From: Burkholderiales bacterium
Lineage (GTDB): Bacteria > Pseudomonadota > Gammaproteobacteria > Burkholderiales > Burkholderiaceae_C
DNA: 64,000 bases
Direction of reading: 5' to 3'
Assembly: GCA_947446855.1 (NCBI GenBank)
Contig: CANFIH010000001.1
Span: 11,882-75,881 of the forward strand
Positions 48,746-59,436 of the stretch are shown here, piece after piece. The first letter of the stretch is position 1, and the number at the start of each line of letters is the position of its first letter. A model generated the notes under the pieces. That model was not told the DNA's origin. It saw only the letters and a list, made by a program, of their open reading frames with translations, and ran no database searches. The translations under genes and the position numbers were made by a program.

Positions 48746-48770
48746 GGGAGGATGCGTTGCGCATCCTCCC
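48746..48770. other. Intra-operon stem-loop between DUF1329 and YCF48 genes
   Basis: GGGAGGATGCG-TTG-CGCATCCTCCC perfect 11-bp stem. Confidence 0.6.
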
Positions 48771-48791
48771 TGCTCAGGCCTTGGCGCGGCC

Positions 48792-50153
48792 CTAGTTACC
48801 TTGGCGGCGCATCGATTCGGGAGCAAAGAAGTTCAGGCTGAGCTTCTCTCCGAACTTCATGGGCTTCTCTTCGTTCATCATGCCGGAGGCAAGATAGCGA
48901 CGGGCTTGCAGGTCGTACAGCACTTCGGCGATGCCCCAGGTCATGGACTGGTCATAAAAGGGCATGAGATGCACATCGCGCACGCGCCACAATTCGCCAC
49001 GCCCATCGTACTGGTCCACGTGCGCAATTGACCAGGAATCTTCGTCCACATAAAAGGTGCGCTTGGCGTAGATGTGGCGCTGACCGGCCTTCACAGTGGC
49101 TTCCACGACCCAGACACGATGCGGCTCGTAGCGCACCAGATCCGGGTTCATGTGGTTGGGCTGGATGATGCTGCTGTATTTGAGGCTCTTGTCGCTGAGC
49201 GCAAAATTATTGTAGGAAATAAGCATTTCCTTCTTGCCCACCAGTTTCCAGTCGAAACGATCCGGCGCGCCGCTGAAGCCCAGATAGTCATCGATGGTGC
49301 GCAGGCCGTCAGCGCCATTTCCGGGCGCATCGTAGGCAACCTGAGGCGCACGCAGCACCCGGCGCGTACCGGGGTTGTAAACCCAGGCAAGACGCGGCTC
49401 CTTGACCTGATCGACTGGCTCATGGACCAAAATGCCATCGCCAGCTACGTTGGAGGGGCCGGTCAAGCGTGACAGGTAGTAATAGAGGCGGTTCGGGTCA
49501 CTCTTCTCCATGGCCCAGGGTGCTGCAAAGGTTTCATCACGGGTCACCGGAGTGAACGAGCCGTTGCTCTGCACAGGGAATTCCGCGTTGTAACGCGTCC
49601 AGGTTCCGCCATAGTAGCGGGCCTGGTGGTTCCACTGCACTTCGATGCCGCTCTTCGGAATGGGGAAGGGGACGGTCCCCTTATCCATATTCAACACGCC
49701 ATTGCCGCCCTCCGCCAGCTTGGTCTTCATGCCTTCGGTCTTGGCCAGCTCATAGATGGATTTGGGATAGGCCGCGCTGCGATGGCTTGGGTACACGTTC
49801 ATCTTGAAGGTGGGAAAGCGCTTGAGCATTTCGATCTGCCCGGCTGCCAGCCGGTCCTTGTACTGCTCGGCGTTGGCACCGGTGATGGTGTATAGCGGTT
49901 TCTCAGAGGCAAAAGGATTCAGATAACCCTTGCTGCGATTAAAGCCGGCAGGTGGTGCCGTGATGCCGCCATCCCATGCAGGGATACTGGCGTCCTTGTT
50001 GGCCGCGCGCTCGGCGCCCAGTGGAGTCAGCGTGGTGCTCAGGCGCCCGGCTTCTTCGGTCGTCATTTCAGCCATTGCGTTGCCTGCAATTGCGCTCAGG
50101 CAGAGCAGGGTGGCCAGAGCCAGCGAGTGTTTGCGTGGAGATTCAGATTTCAT
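48792..50153 (-). CDS. DUF1329 periplasmic protein
   Basis: Signal peptide; LTPLGAERA.N....IPAWDGG, PFPIP, RRVLRAP, YEPHRVWVVEA, DEDSW. Confidence 0.85.
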   Translation of the reverse strand: MKSESPRKHSLALATLLCLSAIAGNAMAEMTTEEAGRLSTTLTPLGAERAANKDASIPAWDGGITAPPAGFNRSKGYLNPFASEKPLYTITGANAEQYKDRLAAGQIEMLKRFPTFKMNVYPSHRSAAYPKSIYELAKTEGMKTKLAEGGNGVLNMDKGTVPFPIPKSGIEVQWNHQARYYGGTWTRYNAEFPVQSNGSFTPVTRDETFAAPWAMEKSDPNRLYYYLSRLTGPSNVAGDGILVHEPVDQVKEPRLAWVYNPGTRRVLRAPQVAYDAPGNGADGLRTIDDYLGFSGAPDRFDWKLVGKKEMLISYNNFALSDKSLKYSSIIQPNHMNPDLVRYEPHRVWVVEATVKAGQRHIYAKRTFYVDEDSWSIAHVDQYDGRGELWRVRDVHLMPFYDQSMTWGIAEVLYDLQARRYLASGMMNEEKPMKFGEKLSLNFFAPESMRRQGN

Positions 50154-50178
50154 GGTGCGGTTTTCCTGCTGTCAAAGT

Positions 50179-52017
50179 TCAAAAATTCATACCGACAACC
50201 ACAGAGAGGAAGTCGCGGTCATGGAAGATGTCGTACTTGGCGTTCTGGTTGAAGGCGCTGTAGCTGAGGTCGCCGTAATATTTGTTCAGGTAGTCAAAGC
50301 GGGCGCCCAGGCCCAGAATCTGGCGGTCTTCCAGGAAGAGAGAGTCCGCTGAATAGCCCTTCACGTCGTGCGACCAGAAGACACGGGGCTTGACGTTGAC
50401 GCCGGAAAACAAATTGGGATAGCTCAACTCCGCCTGCAGGCGATAGCCCCATGCTGTGGGGGTGGCGAAGCCCTTGTTTTCACAATAGTCGGCGCTGGCG
50501 TTGCCTGCGCCGGCACCACCTCCGGCCGTGCAATTGGTCAGTGTTGCCGTGGTGGCCTGGCCATAGACGAAGGCACGCCCATAGCGACGATCGGTGTTGG
50601 GGTCGCCGATACCCGACCAGTTTTGGTATGCCACTTCACCAATCAGGCTCATGGACTCCGCTGCCAGCACGCGGGGAAAGACCTTGAGTGCGGAGACCTG
50701 GATCTGGTCCTTGTCCTTCAGGTCATAGCCCTTATAGAAGTTGCCAACGTTGCGTTGGGTTGCCTGAAGGAATGCCAGGGGACCCGCAGCGGAGGACGTG
50801 CCGCGCAGCAGATCAACCCCGTTGAGTTGCACTGGCAAATCCTTGGTGTGGCTGAACTCCCCAAACACCGACCAACCAGCGACGCCAGTGGAAAAGCTCA
50901 AACCTGTGACACTGATGTTCTCTGCAGACCAGTCCCAGGCGTACTGCATACGGTTGTTGCCGGCGGAAAAAGCGGAAGGTGCGGCACCGCCATCAAACTT
51001 CACACTGAGTGTCGGTGAGCGCTGGTGGTAGTTGGCGTAATAGGCGCCAAATTCAGTGGCAATGGCGGGGGCGAAATAGCGCATGGCCAGACCCCACTGG
51101 CCGTCGTCCTTGGGACTCACATTCCCGGCATTGGTCATGATGCCCTGGCCGCTGCCAAAGCTGGTGGCGTCCAGCACATTGGCCAGCGGGCCTGCGGGCA
51201 CGTTCACGCCCTTGTTTGAGCAGTTGTACACATCGGAGATCGACCAGTAGGTGCCGCAACCGTCCAGCACGTTCTTTTTCCAGGCGAATTGGTAGAAGCC
51301 TTCCATGCTCAGGTTCTCAGCCAGACCCACATTGGCTGTGACCTGGGGTATGGGGAGCAGGATTTCTTTGACCTGCGCACCGGGCCGGCGTGAGGCTGAA
51401 ATGTCGAAGGCGCCGAATTGATTGATGCCCGGAATGAACAGGCTCTCGCCCCAGTTCACCACCTGGTTGCCAGCTTTGACAGTCAGCGGATGGCTCTCTC
51501 CCAGGTCTGTGTTGATGAAGGCGTAGGCATCCAGCAGTTCTACGCCGGAGAAGCGGGAGAGTCGGTCAAAATCACTGTCGTTGAGCTTGGCGCCAGCTTG
51601 GAAAGCATTGGCCGAACTACCGTGGGGGACACCGGCATCGGACAGCGCAAAGTCATACCAGCCCTTGGCACGCATAAAGACGCCGACGTTGTCCTGCTTC
51701 AAGGAAACCTCACCGACCACCTTGGCAATCGTTGAAAAGGTGTCGCCTTTTTTGTAGTTGAGATTACCGTCGTCATGGCTGGTGCCCGCCGAGCCCCCGT
51801 TGCCCTTCATGATCAGCTTGGGGTCAGCGTCCTGGGTACGCATGCTGGTTCCGATCGACATGTTGAGGCCCCAATTCCCCTCCATACCATTTTCCAGTGC
51901 GAACTCGCCTGCCATCGCGGTGTTTGCACACAGCCCGGCCAGGCCAAGCAAAGACCACAAAACGGTGCGTTGCGGCAGGGCCAGGTAGTGGTTAGCTCTT
52001 CGAACATGTATCTTCAT
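50179..52017 (-). CDS. DUF1302 outer-membrane protein
   Basis: Signal peptide; DDGNLNY, QVVNWGES, C-terminal DRDFLSVVVGMNF beta-barrel end; start after AGGAG. Confidence 0.85.
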   Translation of the reverse strand: MKIHVRRANHYLALPQRTVLWSLLGLAGLCANTAMAGEFALENGMEGNWGLNMSIGTSMRTQDADPKLIMKGNGGSAGTSHDDGNLNYKKGDTFSTIAKVVGEVSLKQDNVGVFMRAKGWYDFALSDAGVPHGSSANAFQAGAKLNDSDFDRLSRFSGVELLDAYAFINTDLGESHPLTVKAGNQVVNWGESLFIPGINQFGAFDISASRRPGAQVKEILLPIPQVTANVGLAENLSMEGFYQFAWKKNVLDGCGTYWSISDVYNCSNKGVNVPAGPLANVLDATSFGSGQGIMTNAGNVSPKDDGQWGLAMRYFAPAIATEFGAYYANYHQRSPTLSVKFDGGAAPSAFSAGNNRMQYAWDWSAENISVTGLSFSTGVAGWSVFGEFSHTKDLPVQLNGVDLLRGTSSAAGPLAFLQATQRNVGNFYKGYDLKDKDQIQVSALKVFPRVLAAESMSLIGEVAYQNWSGIGDPNTDRRYGRAFVYGQATTATLTNCTAGGGAGAGNASADYCENKGFATPTAWGYRLQAELSYPNLFSGVNVKPRVFWSHDVKGYSADSLFLEDRQILGLGARFDYLNKYYGDLSYSAFNQNAKYDIFHDRDFLSVVVGMNF

Positions 52018-52122
52018 CTGCTCTCTCCTGTTGAATTTAGTTGCCAGGCTGTCGAATGGAAGTGGTGTTCGGCACGACACCCCCCCGGTATGGAAATGCG
52101 CCATATCGTGGTTTCTTGTTTT

Positions 52123-52146
52123 AAAACAAACCAAACGAATTGTTTT
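52123..52146. promoter_or_regulatory. Second CymR-type operator candidate
   Basis: AAAACAA-N10-TTGTTTT; shares ACAAACC-N7-TTGTTT with 45012-45031. Confidence 0.55.
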
Positions 52147-52351
52147 TATCTTATAGAAATAGAGTGCTTGAAGAACAGGGGTTTACCCGTGTTTAGTTCG
52201 TCATTTCAAGAGCGCTTTGCCTGCGTGGCTTCGAGGTACAGGGTTTTGGTGGACGAGTCATTGCTGGCGCAGGCCGCAGAGACTCCGCCGCGTTGCCCCA
52301 GTGTCAGCACGCGCTGGGGATCTCTGATGGCTAGTCTGGACATGCCCTTGC

Positions 52352-55300
52352 CTACATGCTGCGCCGGTACTGTCCACCCACCTCAAACAAGGCGCTGGTT
52401 ATCTGACCCAGCGAACAGACCCGTACGGCGTCCATCAGCACCTCGAACACGTTCTTGTTTTCGATCGCGGCCTGTTGCAGACGCTTCAGCATGGCAGGCG
52501 ATGCGGAAGCGTGCAGCGCGTGGAAGTCTGCCAGACGCGTGAGCTGGCTTTGCTTCTCCTCATCGGTGGAGCGTGCCAATTCGAGCTTGTCCATGACTTG
52601 ATCACCATGCGGGTTGCGGAAGGTGTTGACACCAATAATGGGCAACTCGCCGGTGTGCTTGAGCATCTCGTAGTGCATGGATTCATCCTGAATCCGTCCG
52701 CGCTGGTAGCCGGTTTCCATCGCGCCCAGCACGCCACCGCGCTCGGCGATGCGTTCAAATTCAAGCAGCACGGCCTCCTCCAGCAATTCGGTCAGCTCTT
52801 CAATAATGAATGCACCCTGGCTTGGATTCTCATTCTTGGCCAGGCCCCATTCCCGGTTGATGATGAGCTGGATCGCCATGGCTCGGCGAACGGAGTCCTC
52901 GGTCGGCGTGGTGATGGCCTCGTCAAACGCATTGGTATGCAGGCTGTTGCAGTTGTCGTAAATCGCAATCAGGGCCTGCAGTGTGGTGCGGATGTCGTTG
53001 AACTGGATCTCCTGTGCGTGCAGGCTGCGTCCGCTGGTCTGGATGTGGTATTTGAGCTTTTGGCTACGCTCGTTGGCACCGTATTTCTCCTTCATGGCTA
53101 CCGCCCAAATACGACGCGCTACCCGCCCCATCACCGTGTACTCCGGATCCATACCGTTGCTGAAGAAGAAGCTCAGGTTGGGCGCAAAGTCGTCAATGTG
53201 CATGCCACGGGCCAAGTAGGCTTCGACGAAGGTGAAGCCGTTGGATAAGGTGAAAGCCAGCTGGCTGATGGGGTTGGCACCGGCCTCCGCTATGTGATAG
53301 CCGCTGATGGACACGCTGTAGAAGTTGCGCACGCCGTTGTGCACGAAGTACTCGGCAATGTCGCCCATCACCTTCAAGGAAAACTCCGTGGAGAAGATGC
53401 AGGTGTTTTGCCCCTGGTCTTCCTTCAGGATGTCGGCCTGCACCGTGCCGCGCACGTTCTCTTGCACCCATTCCCTGATCTTTTCCAACTCGGTATCGGT
53501 GGGATCGCGGCCGTTGTCCGCCTTGAATTTGTCGATGTTCTGGTCAATGGCCGTGTTCATGAACATGGCCAAAATGGTTGGCGCCGGGCCATTGATGGTC
53601 ATGCTGACACTGGTGCTCGGGCTGCAGAGGTCAAAGCCGCTGTACAGCACCTTGAGGTCGTCGATGGTGGCAATGCTCACACCGGAGTTGCCGACCTTGC
53701 CGTAGATATCCGGACGCGGATCGGGGTCGTTGCCATACAGTGTGACCGAGTCAAAAGCCGTCGACAGGCGCTTGGCCGCCATGCCGGAACTGAGCAGCTT
53801 GAAGCGCTTGTTGGTGCGGAAGGCATCGCCCTCGCCGGCAAACATGCGGGTGGGGTCCTCGCCCTCGCGCTTGAAGGCAAAGGTGCCCGCAGTGTAGGGG
53901 TAGCTGCCGGGCACGTTGTCCAGCGCCAGCCATTTGAGAATCTCGCCGTGGTCTTCGTAAGTAGGAAGAGCCACCTTGCGGATGGTGGTACCGCTGAGGG
54001 ACTTGCTTGTCAATGCCGTGCGAATCTCTTTACCACGCATGTTGACGATGTACTCTTCACCCGCATAGGCCGCTTGCATGGCGGGCCATTGCGCCAGGAG
54101 TTTTTTCTCAGCCGCGCCCAGATGGTTTTCGCGTTGCTCTGCCAATTGCGTCACGGCCTGCACCGATTGCATCTGGCCCGGGTCTTCCAGTTCCAGCATG
54201 CGCGCCGTCTCACGTATCTGCTGTATTTCGCGGGCCAGCTTGGCCTGGCTGCGTGCGCGCTTTTTGTAATGGCGCACGGTGTCGCATATTTCTGCTAAGT
54301 AGCGGCTGCGCGCAGCAGGTACCACCGGGGTCTGGTTGGTGCTGTGGCGCACGGAAACAACGGGAAGTTGACCGGAGGAGGTCAGTGTCAAACCAAGCTC
54401 TACCAGACGCGCCTTAAGCGCCTGGTAAAGGGCGGTGACGCCGTCGTCATTGAAGCGCGCTGCCATGGTTCCATACACCGGCATCTGCTCCACCGGGATG
54501 GTCCATGCTTCCCGGTTGCGCTGCACCTGCTTGGCCACATCACGCAGCGCGTCCAACGCTCCCTTGCGGTCGAATTTGTTAATGGCAACAAACTCGGCAA
54601 AGTCCAGCATGTCAATTTTCTCCAACTGGCTGGCGGCTCCGAACTCGGGCGTCATCACGTACAGCGGCACATTGACATGCGGCACGATGGCGGCGTCGCC
54701 CTGGCCGATGCCGGAGGTTTCCACGACGATCAGATCAAATCCTGCCACCTTGCAGGCTGCAATGACATCCGGCAAGGCGGCACTGATTTCAGATCCAAAG
54801 TCGCGTGTGGCCAGTGAGCGCATGAAGACACGGGGGCCCTGTTGCCAAGGCGAAATGGCATTCATGCGGATGCGGTCACCCAACAGCGCGCCGCCGCTCT
54901 TGCGTCGTGACGGATCGATGCTGATGACGGCCACCCGCAGACTGTCGTTGTGATCCAGACGCAGACGTCGAATCAGTTCGTCGGTGAGCGATGACTTTCC
55001 TGCGCCGCCGGTACCTGTGATGCCCAGAACTGGTGTGCTCTTGGTGGCAGCCTGCACCCTGATATCGGCGATGAGTGCACTGAGGGAGGCGGATGGTGCG
55101 CCCTTGGTTTCACCCGAAGCCTTTTCGTTCTCCAGGGCGGTAATGAGCTGCGCCAGAGCGCGCCAGCTCATCTCGGTGTGTCCCTGGATGGATGCAATGG
55201 TGTTGGGTGCATAGTCGGACAGGTCGATGTCACAGCGCTTGACCATGTCGCCAATCATTCCCGCCAGACCCATGCGCTGGCCATCTTCGGGGCTGTAGAT

Positions 55301-55681
55301 ATGGCCCACGCCATAGGCATGCAACTCGCGTATTTCGGGCGGCACGATGACACCACCGCCGCCGCCAAAGACCTGGATATGTGCGCCGCCGCGGGCCTTG
55401 AGCAGGTCCACCATGTACTTGAAATACTCGACATGACCACCCTGGTAGGAGCTTATGGCAATGCCCTGGGCATCTTCCTGCAGGGCAGCGGTGACGACCT
55501 CGTCCACGCTGCGGTTGTGTCCGAGGTGGATGACTTCGGCACCCATGCTTTGCAGAATGCGGCGCATGATATTGATGGCGGCATCGTGGCCATCAAACAG
55601 GCTGGCCGCCGTGACGAAGCGCACCTTGTTCAGCGGACGATAGTTGGCAAGGGCCTTGAAGTCGGCGGACAGATCGGTCAT
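52352..55681 (-). CDS. icmF: Fused isobutyryl-CoA mutase / MeaB-like GTPase (adenosylcobalamin-dependent)
   Basis: N-terminal B12 domain [19 protein letters not shown]-loop, mutase [23 protein letters not shown]; 1109 aa. Confidence 0.95.
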   Translation of the reverse strand: MTDLSADFKALANYRPLNKVRFVTAASLFDGHDAAINIMRRILQSMGAEVIHLGHNRSVDEVVTAALQEDAQGIAISSYQGGHVEYFKYMVDLLKARGGAHIQVFGGGGGVIVPPEIRELHAYGVGHIYSPEDGQRMGLAGMIGDMVKRCDIDLSDYAPNTIASIQGHTEMSWRALAQLITALENEKASGETKGAPSASLSALIADIRVQAATKSTPVLGITGTGGAGKSSLTDELIRRLRLDHNDSLRVAVISIDPSRRKSGGALLGDRIRMNAISPWQQGPRVFMRSLATRDFGSEISAALPDVIAACKVAGFDLIVVETSGIGQGDAAIVPHVNVPLYVMTPEFGAASQLEKIDMLDFAEFVAINKFDRKGALDALRDVAKQVQRNREAWTIPVEQMPVYGTMAARFNDDGVTALYQALKARLVELGLTLTSSGQLPVVSVRHSTNQTPVVPAARSRYLAEICDTVRHYKKRARSQAKLAREIQQIRETARMLELEDPGQMQSVQAVTQLAEQRENHLGAAEKKLLAQWPAMQAAYAGEEYIVNMRGKEIRTALTSKSLSGTTIRKVALPTYEDHGEILKWLALDNVPGSYPYTAGTFAFKREGEDPTRMFAGEGDAFRTNKRFKLLSSGMAAKRLSTAFDSVTLYGNDPDPRPDIYGKVGNSGVSIATIDDLKVLYSGFDLCSPSTSVSMTINGPAPTILAMFMNTAIDQNIDKFKADNGRDPTDTELEKIREWVQENVRGTVQADILKEDQGQNTCIFSTEFSLKVMGDIAEYFVHNGVRNFYSVSISGYHIAEAGANPISQLAFTLSNGFTFVEAYLARGMHIDDFAPNLSFFFSNGMDPEYTVMGRVARRIWAVAMKEKYGANERSQKLKYHIQTSGRSLHAQEIQFNDIRTTLQALIAIYDNCNSLHTNAFDEAITTPTEDSVRRAMAIQLIINREWGLAKNENPSQGAFIIEELTELLEEAVLLEFERIAERGGVLGAMETGYQRGRIQDESMHYEMLKHTGELPIIGVNTFRNPHGDQVMDKLELARSTDEEKQSQLTRLADFHALHASASPAMLKRLQQAAIENKNVFEVLMDAVRVCSLGQITSALFEVGGQYRRSM

Positions 55682-55775
55682 GGGAAAGTCTCAAAAAATG
55701 TGGAATTGCAGGCGCAATGTGGTGCGCCATGCGCCGTTCAGAGCGGCACGGTCTGCCGGGCAGCCGCGCAAGGTA

Positions 55776-56567
55776 TCAGCAACCGCGGAAAACGGGCTTG
55801 CGGCGTTCGACTTGTGAGGCGATGCCCTCCTGGGCATCTGCCGTGGCGGACACACGGGCCAGCGTCAGGGCCTCGTCTTCCAACTGCGACTCCAGGTGCG
55901 CAGCGCCCGCACGTAAAAACAGGCGTTTGATTTCGCCGTAGGCCACCGTGGGGCCATCGGCCAACTCCTGTGCGAGGGCCAGGGCTTGCGCCTGCAAGTC
56001 GGCGTCCGGCACGATGCGGTCAATCAGGCCGGCGTGTTGCGCCTCCTGGCTTTTCAACACCTCGCCCAGCAAGACGAAGCGACGGGCGCGTGCCGAGCCC
56101 ATGCGTGCGGTGAGGGTGGCGCTGGAGCCTGAATCACAGCTGAAGCCGATCTTGGCAAAGGCGGAGCCGATGCGGGCGGATTCGCCCGCCAGCACCACGT
56201 CGCAGCCGGCCAGCAGGGCGGCCGCGCCGCCCATGGCCCAGCCTTGCACGGCCACGACCACGGGCACGGGTAACTGCCAGGCGCGTTGCAGGCCCATGTG
56301 CAGGTCAGCGGTCCAACGCCGCACCATCGGTGCAAGGTTCTCGCGCAGGGGGTAAAAAGTTTTCAGGTCACCGCCGAAACTGAAGTTGTCGCCATCGGCG
56401 CGCAGCAGCACGGCACGCAGGTTGGGCATATCCCAGAGCTCAGAAAAAACCTGTTTGAAGTCGGCTGAAAATTGCCCGTCGAATGGATTGCCACGCTCCG
56501 GTTGTGCCAGGCTGACGATCGCCAGCCCGCCCTGCATCTCTACGCGTATCGACGATGGGGTAGTCAT
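55776..56567 (-). CDS. Crotonase-family protein, PaaG-like enoyl-CoA isomerase
   Basis: FSFGGDL, AMGGAAAL (no Glu), AFAKIGFSCDSG (Asp retained). Confidence 0.8.
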   Translation of the reverse strand: MTTPSSIRVEMQGGLAIVSLAQPERGNPFDGQFSADFKQVFSELWDMPNLRAVLLRADGDNFSFGGDLKTFYPLRENLAPMVRRWTADLHMGLQRAWQLPVPVVVAVQGWAMGGAAALLAGCDVVLAGESARIGSAFAKIGFSCDSGSSATLTARMGSARARRFVLLGEVLKSQEAQHAGLIDRIVPDADLQAQALALAQELADGPTVAYGEIKRLFLRAGAAHLESQLEDEALTLARVSATADAQEGIASQVERRKPVFRGC

Positions 56568-56625
56568 AATAATTTGTCTCCAGAATGAGGGGTAGCGCTG
56601 CTTGATGCAGTCTGTACATCACAAT

Positions 56626-56648
56626 AATGTACGCTACTGTATTACATT
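56626..56648. promoter_or_regulatory. Candidate island-wide operator, copy 5
   Basis: AATGTACGCTACTGTATTACATT, with AATGTA/TACATT arms; upstream of crotonase-icmF. Confidence 0.6.
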
Positions 56649-56661
56649 TTGGAGCAAATTG

Positions 56662-59436
56662 TTAGCGCCCGATGAGGTTCAAGGCCCTGGCACGCGCCAA
56701 TGCGGCAGAGCGGCTGCGCACGCCGAGTTTGCCGTACACATTGTGCAGATGCCACTTGATCGTGGTGATGGATAGCGACATCCGATCTGCTGCCTGCTCA
56801 TTGCTGAGGCCCTCGCCCAGCAGGGTCAGCAGTTGGATCTCCCGCAGGCTGGGTGTGCCGATCGTTGCTGCGTCTTCATCGGCACGAGCGGCGGCGGGAC
56901 GCGCTTCGCCAGGCGTGGCGTGCACGGTGCTCTGGAAGCGCAGGCGTTCCAGGAAGAAGCGTTCGGCCGGTTGGATCAGGCCAAAGTCCCGGTCGTTGTT
57001 TGCCGCAAAAAGGGGTTCCAGCAGGGTCGTGCGCACCTTGAAAGGTTGTATGACGTTGCCGGGTGTGGCCAGTGCAATGGCCTGGCAGAAGTGTCGCATG
57101 GCGATACGGGTTTTCCCTAGGCGCTGCTGGGTGTCTGCCGCAATCAGCAGCAGTTCAACGCGGTCGCGGTCGCGCCCCTGCTGCAGTGCTTTTTTGATCT
57201 GCACATCCAATTGGGACAGCACCAGTTCGTATGCCCCCTGTGCCAGGTCCAGTTCGATGCGCGCCAGCATCCAGTCACCGCGTTCGCGCATGACGGGGGA
57301 TGCGTTGCTGCCGTTTGGCTTGTTCAGCCCAATGCGGTTCGCTTCGGCCAAGGCCTCCCGAAAGCGGGACAGCTCCAGCAGCCTTCGCACTTTGCTGGCA
57401 CCCAGCAGTGCCTGACCGCGCGTGGGGTAGCTGTGTGCCACCCGGTCCAGCAGGGTTTCGGAAATGGCGTTGTCACCGGTCGCACCCCAGAGCGCAACGC
57501 AACTGATGAGTCCTTGCTCCAGTGAAACCACAATCCCATGGTGCATGGCGCGGCTCAGCCCACGCAGCCCCATGGCGCGTGCCTCGTCCAGGCGCCCCAG
57601 ATCCAGCAGGGCGCGTGAGCGCACAAAATCGATGGTGATGACGATGCTGGCGTCGTTGCCGATGACCCGTGCAACCTGCTCATGCACTTCCACCAAAAGC
57701 CGCTCAGCGGTGTCGGGCCGGGCCTGGCCTATTTCAACACAGGCTTGCAATATGCCCACCCAGGCCAAGCCGAATGCGCTCTGCGAACGGTCTATGGAGG
57801 GGCGTGCCCGCTCTATGCTCAGGCGTGCGGCAACCAGATCGCCCCGGTCGATCTCGGCTATGCCGGCGATGGAGGTAATGGTGGATAGCGTGAAGGCATC
57901 CCCCTCACCGCCGCTGTCCAGCCAGGAGTGTGCCTGCTCATAGGCGATATCCAGCCGGTCGATAAAGACGTTCACCACCATGCGCAAAAACAGCAGGCGC
58001 GAGCGATATTCGCTGGCAGCGGCCCCGAAGGAGGCATCTTCGGCCACGCGCCGGTCGAACACATCCAATTCCTTGCGCGCACGCTCGTACTGCAGGGATT
58101 CGGATAAAGCCCAGACATACCAGGCATGCACCTCCAGCGAAGGCGTGGCTCCGGCCTGCAGCAAGCGGTCCACCCATTTGATGAGCGAGCCCATTTGGCC
58201 GTGATTGCCCACCACCACTTGGACCATGCTGTCCAGGATTTCATGGGCCAGAGTGGTGGAGCCGGCATCCAGGGCGATATCAATTGCCGCCACGCTGTCT
58301 CCATGGGCCTGGTGCCACCTTGCGGCCCGGTCCAGCACCTCGCTCCTGCGCAGTCCCATGCCGGATTGCCTGCCTTCGACGATCAGGAATTCCCGCATCA
58401 GCGTGTGAAAGCGAAACCAGCGGCGGCTGCTGTCGAGTGGAAAAATAAGAATGTTGCGCTGCACCAGCTGGTTCAACCATTCGCGTGCCTCGTCCCGGCC
58501 CGTCATGTGGGCGGCCAGGTCGGCACTGAATTCGCGCACCTGCGCCATCTCAACCATGAACTGCACCATTTCCGGATCCAGGCCGACCAGGACCCGGTGC
58601 GTCAGCACCCGTGCGATATCGTGGTGGTCGCCGTTGAAGCGGCTCAACACCTGGCCTATGTCCGCAGCCAGTGCGCCCGCCTTGCGGTCCGTATCCACTG
58701 CCAGCAGAACCTGCAGCAGGCGAACCGCCGCTGGCCATCCCTCGGTCTGCGTGACAATGCCATCCAGCTCGGCATTGCTGGCAGCCGAGATGCCGATCTG
58801 ACCGAGCAGTTGTGCCGTGCTGTCCCGATCAAAGCTCAGATGTCGCGCGCCCAATTCGTAGGCGCCGACTTCAAGTTTGGCCCGCACCGCGTCAATCGGA
58901 ATGGCATGGGTGCTGGAGAGCACCAGCCGCAGCTTGGGTGCCGTGGCAAAGACCAGCCGTTCCAGAAACAGCGCCAATTCGCCGTCCTCGCAAAATCCCA
59001 GGTTGTCAATGAACAGCATGGTGGCGCCGCTCAGGCCCGCCAGCAGATGGACCATGTGGTCAGCGGCAGCGCCACGGTCTGAAAAGCCCAAGGCTGCGTC
59101 CATGCTGTTGGCGCCTGTGGCAACGCCTGCATATTCCAGGGCTGACCTCAGCCTGTGCAGCAGTGCTGAAAGGTCGACGTCGCGGTCATCCAGTTGTACC
59201 CAAAGACAGCGATGGCCCCGCGATAAAAAATCTTCGTGCAGCCTGCAGAGCAGCACGGTTTTTCCGTAACCCGGTGGTGCACAGGCGGTAACCAGTTTGG
59301 GCACCGGATCGGCTTGCATCACCATCGCGATAGCGCGTGTTGCGATCGTGTCGAAGGCAAAGTTGGGCGGGCCACCCTCTGTCGGCAAAGGCTGTGGAAC
59401 GGAGTTTTCGGTAGGTGCCAAGGGCCAGGATTCCAA
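56662..59436 (-). CDS. MalT/AlkS-like large ATP-binding LuxR regulator (paralog of 23661..26486)
   Basis: APPGYGKT, TEGWPAAVR, C-terminal GLSNEQAA..TIKWHLHNVYGKLGV HTH; start uncertain. Confidence 0.9.
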   Translation of the reverse strand: MESWPLAPTENSVPQPLPTEGGPPNFAFDTIATRAIAMVMQADPVPKLVTACAPPGYGKTVLLCRLHEDFLSRGHRCLWVQLDDRDVDLSALLHRLRSALEYAGVATGANSMDAALGFSDRGAAADHMVHLLAGLSGATMLFIDNLGFCEDGELALFLERLVFATAPKLRLVLSSTHAIPIDAVRAKLEVGAYELGARHLSFDRDSTAQLLGQIGISAASNAELDGIVTQTEGWPAAVRLLQVLLAVDTDRKAGALAADIGQVLSRFNGDHHDIARVLTHRVLVGLDPEMVQFMVEMAQVREFSADLAAHMTGRDEAREWLNQLVQRNILIFPLDSSRRWFRFHTLMREFLIVEGRQSGMGLRRSEVLDRAARWHQAHGDSVAAIDIALDAGSTTLAHEILDSMVQVVVGNHGQMGSLIKWVDRLLQAGATPSLEVHAWYVWALSESLQYERARKELDVFDRRVAEDASFGAAASEYRSRLLFLRMVVNVFIDRLDIAYEQAHSWLDSGGEGDAFTLSTITSIAGIAEIDRGDLVAARLSIERARPSIDRSQSAFGLAWVGILQACVEIGQARPDTAERLLVEVHEQVARVIGNDASIVITIDFVRSRALLDLGRLDEARAMGLRGLSRAMHHGIVVSLEQGLISCVALWGATGDNAISETLLDRVAHSYPTRGQALLGASKVRRLLELSRFREALAEANRIGLNKPNGSNASPVMRERGDWMLARIELDLAQGAYELVLSQLDVQIKKALQQGRDRDRVELLLIAADTQQRLGKTRIAMRHFCQAIALATPGNVIQPFKVRTTLLEPLFAANNDRDFGLIQPAERFFLERLRFQSTVHATPGEARPAAARADEDAATIGTPSLREIQLLTLLGEGLSNEQAADRMSLSITTIKWHLHNVYGKLGVRSRSAALARARALNLIGR

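Noticed and set aside
55682-55775. Possible cobalamin riboswitch upstream of icmF
   Set aside because: The gap is only ~94 bp and no B12-box consensus was recognised
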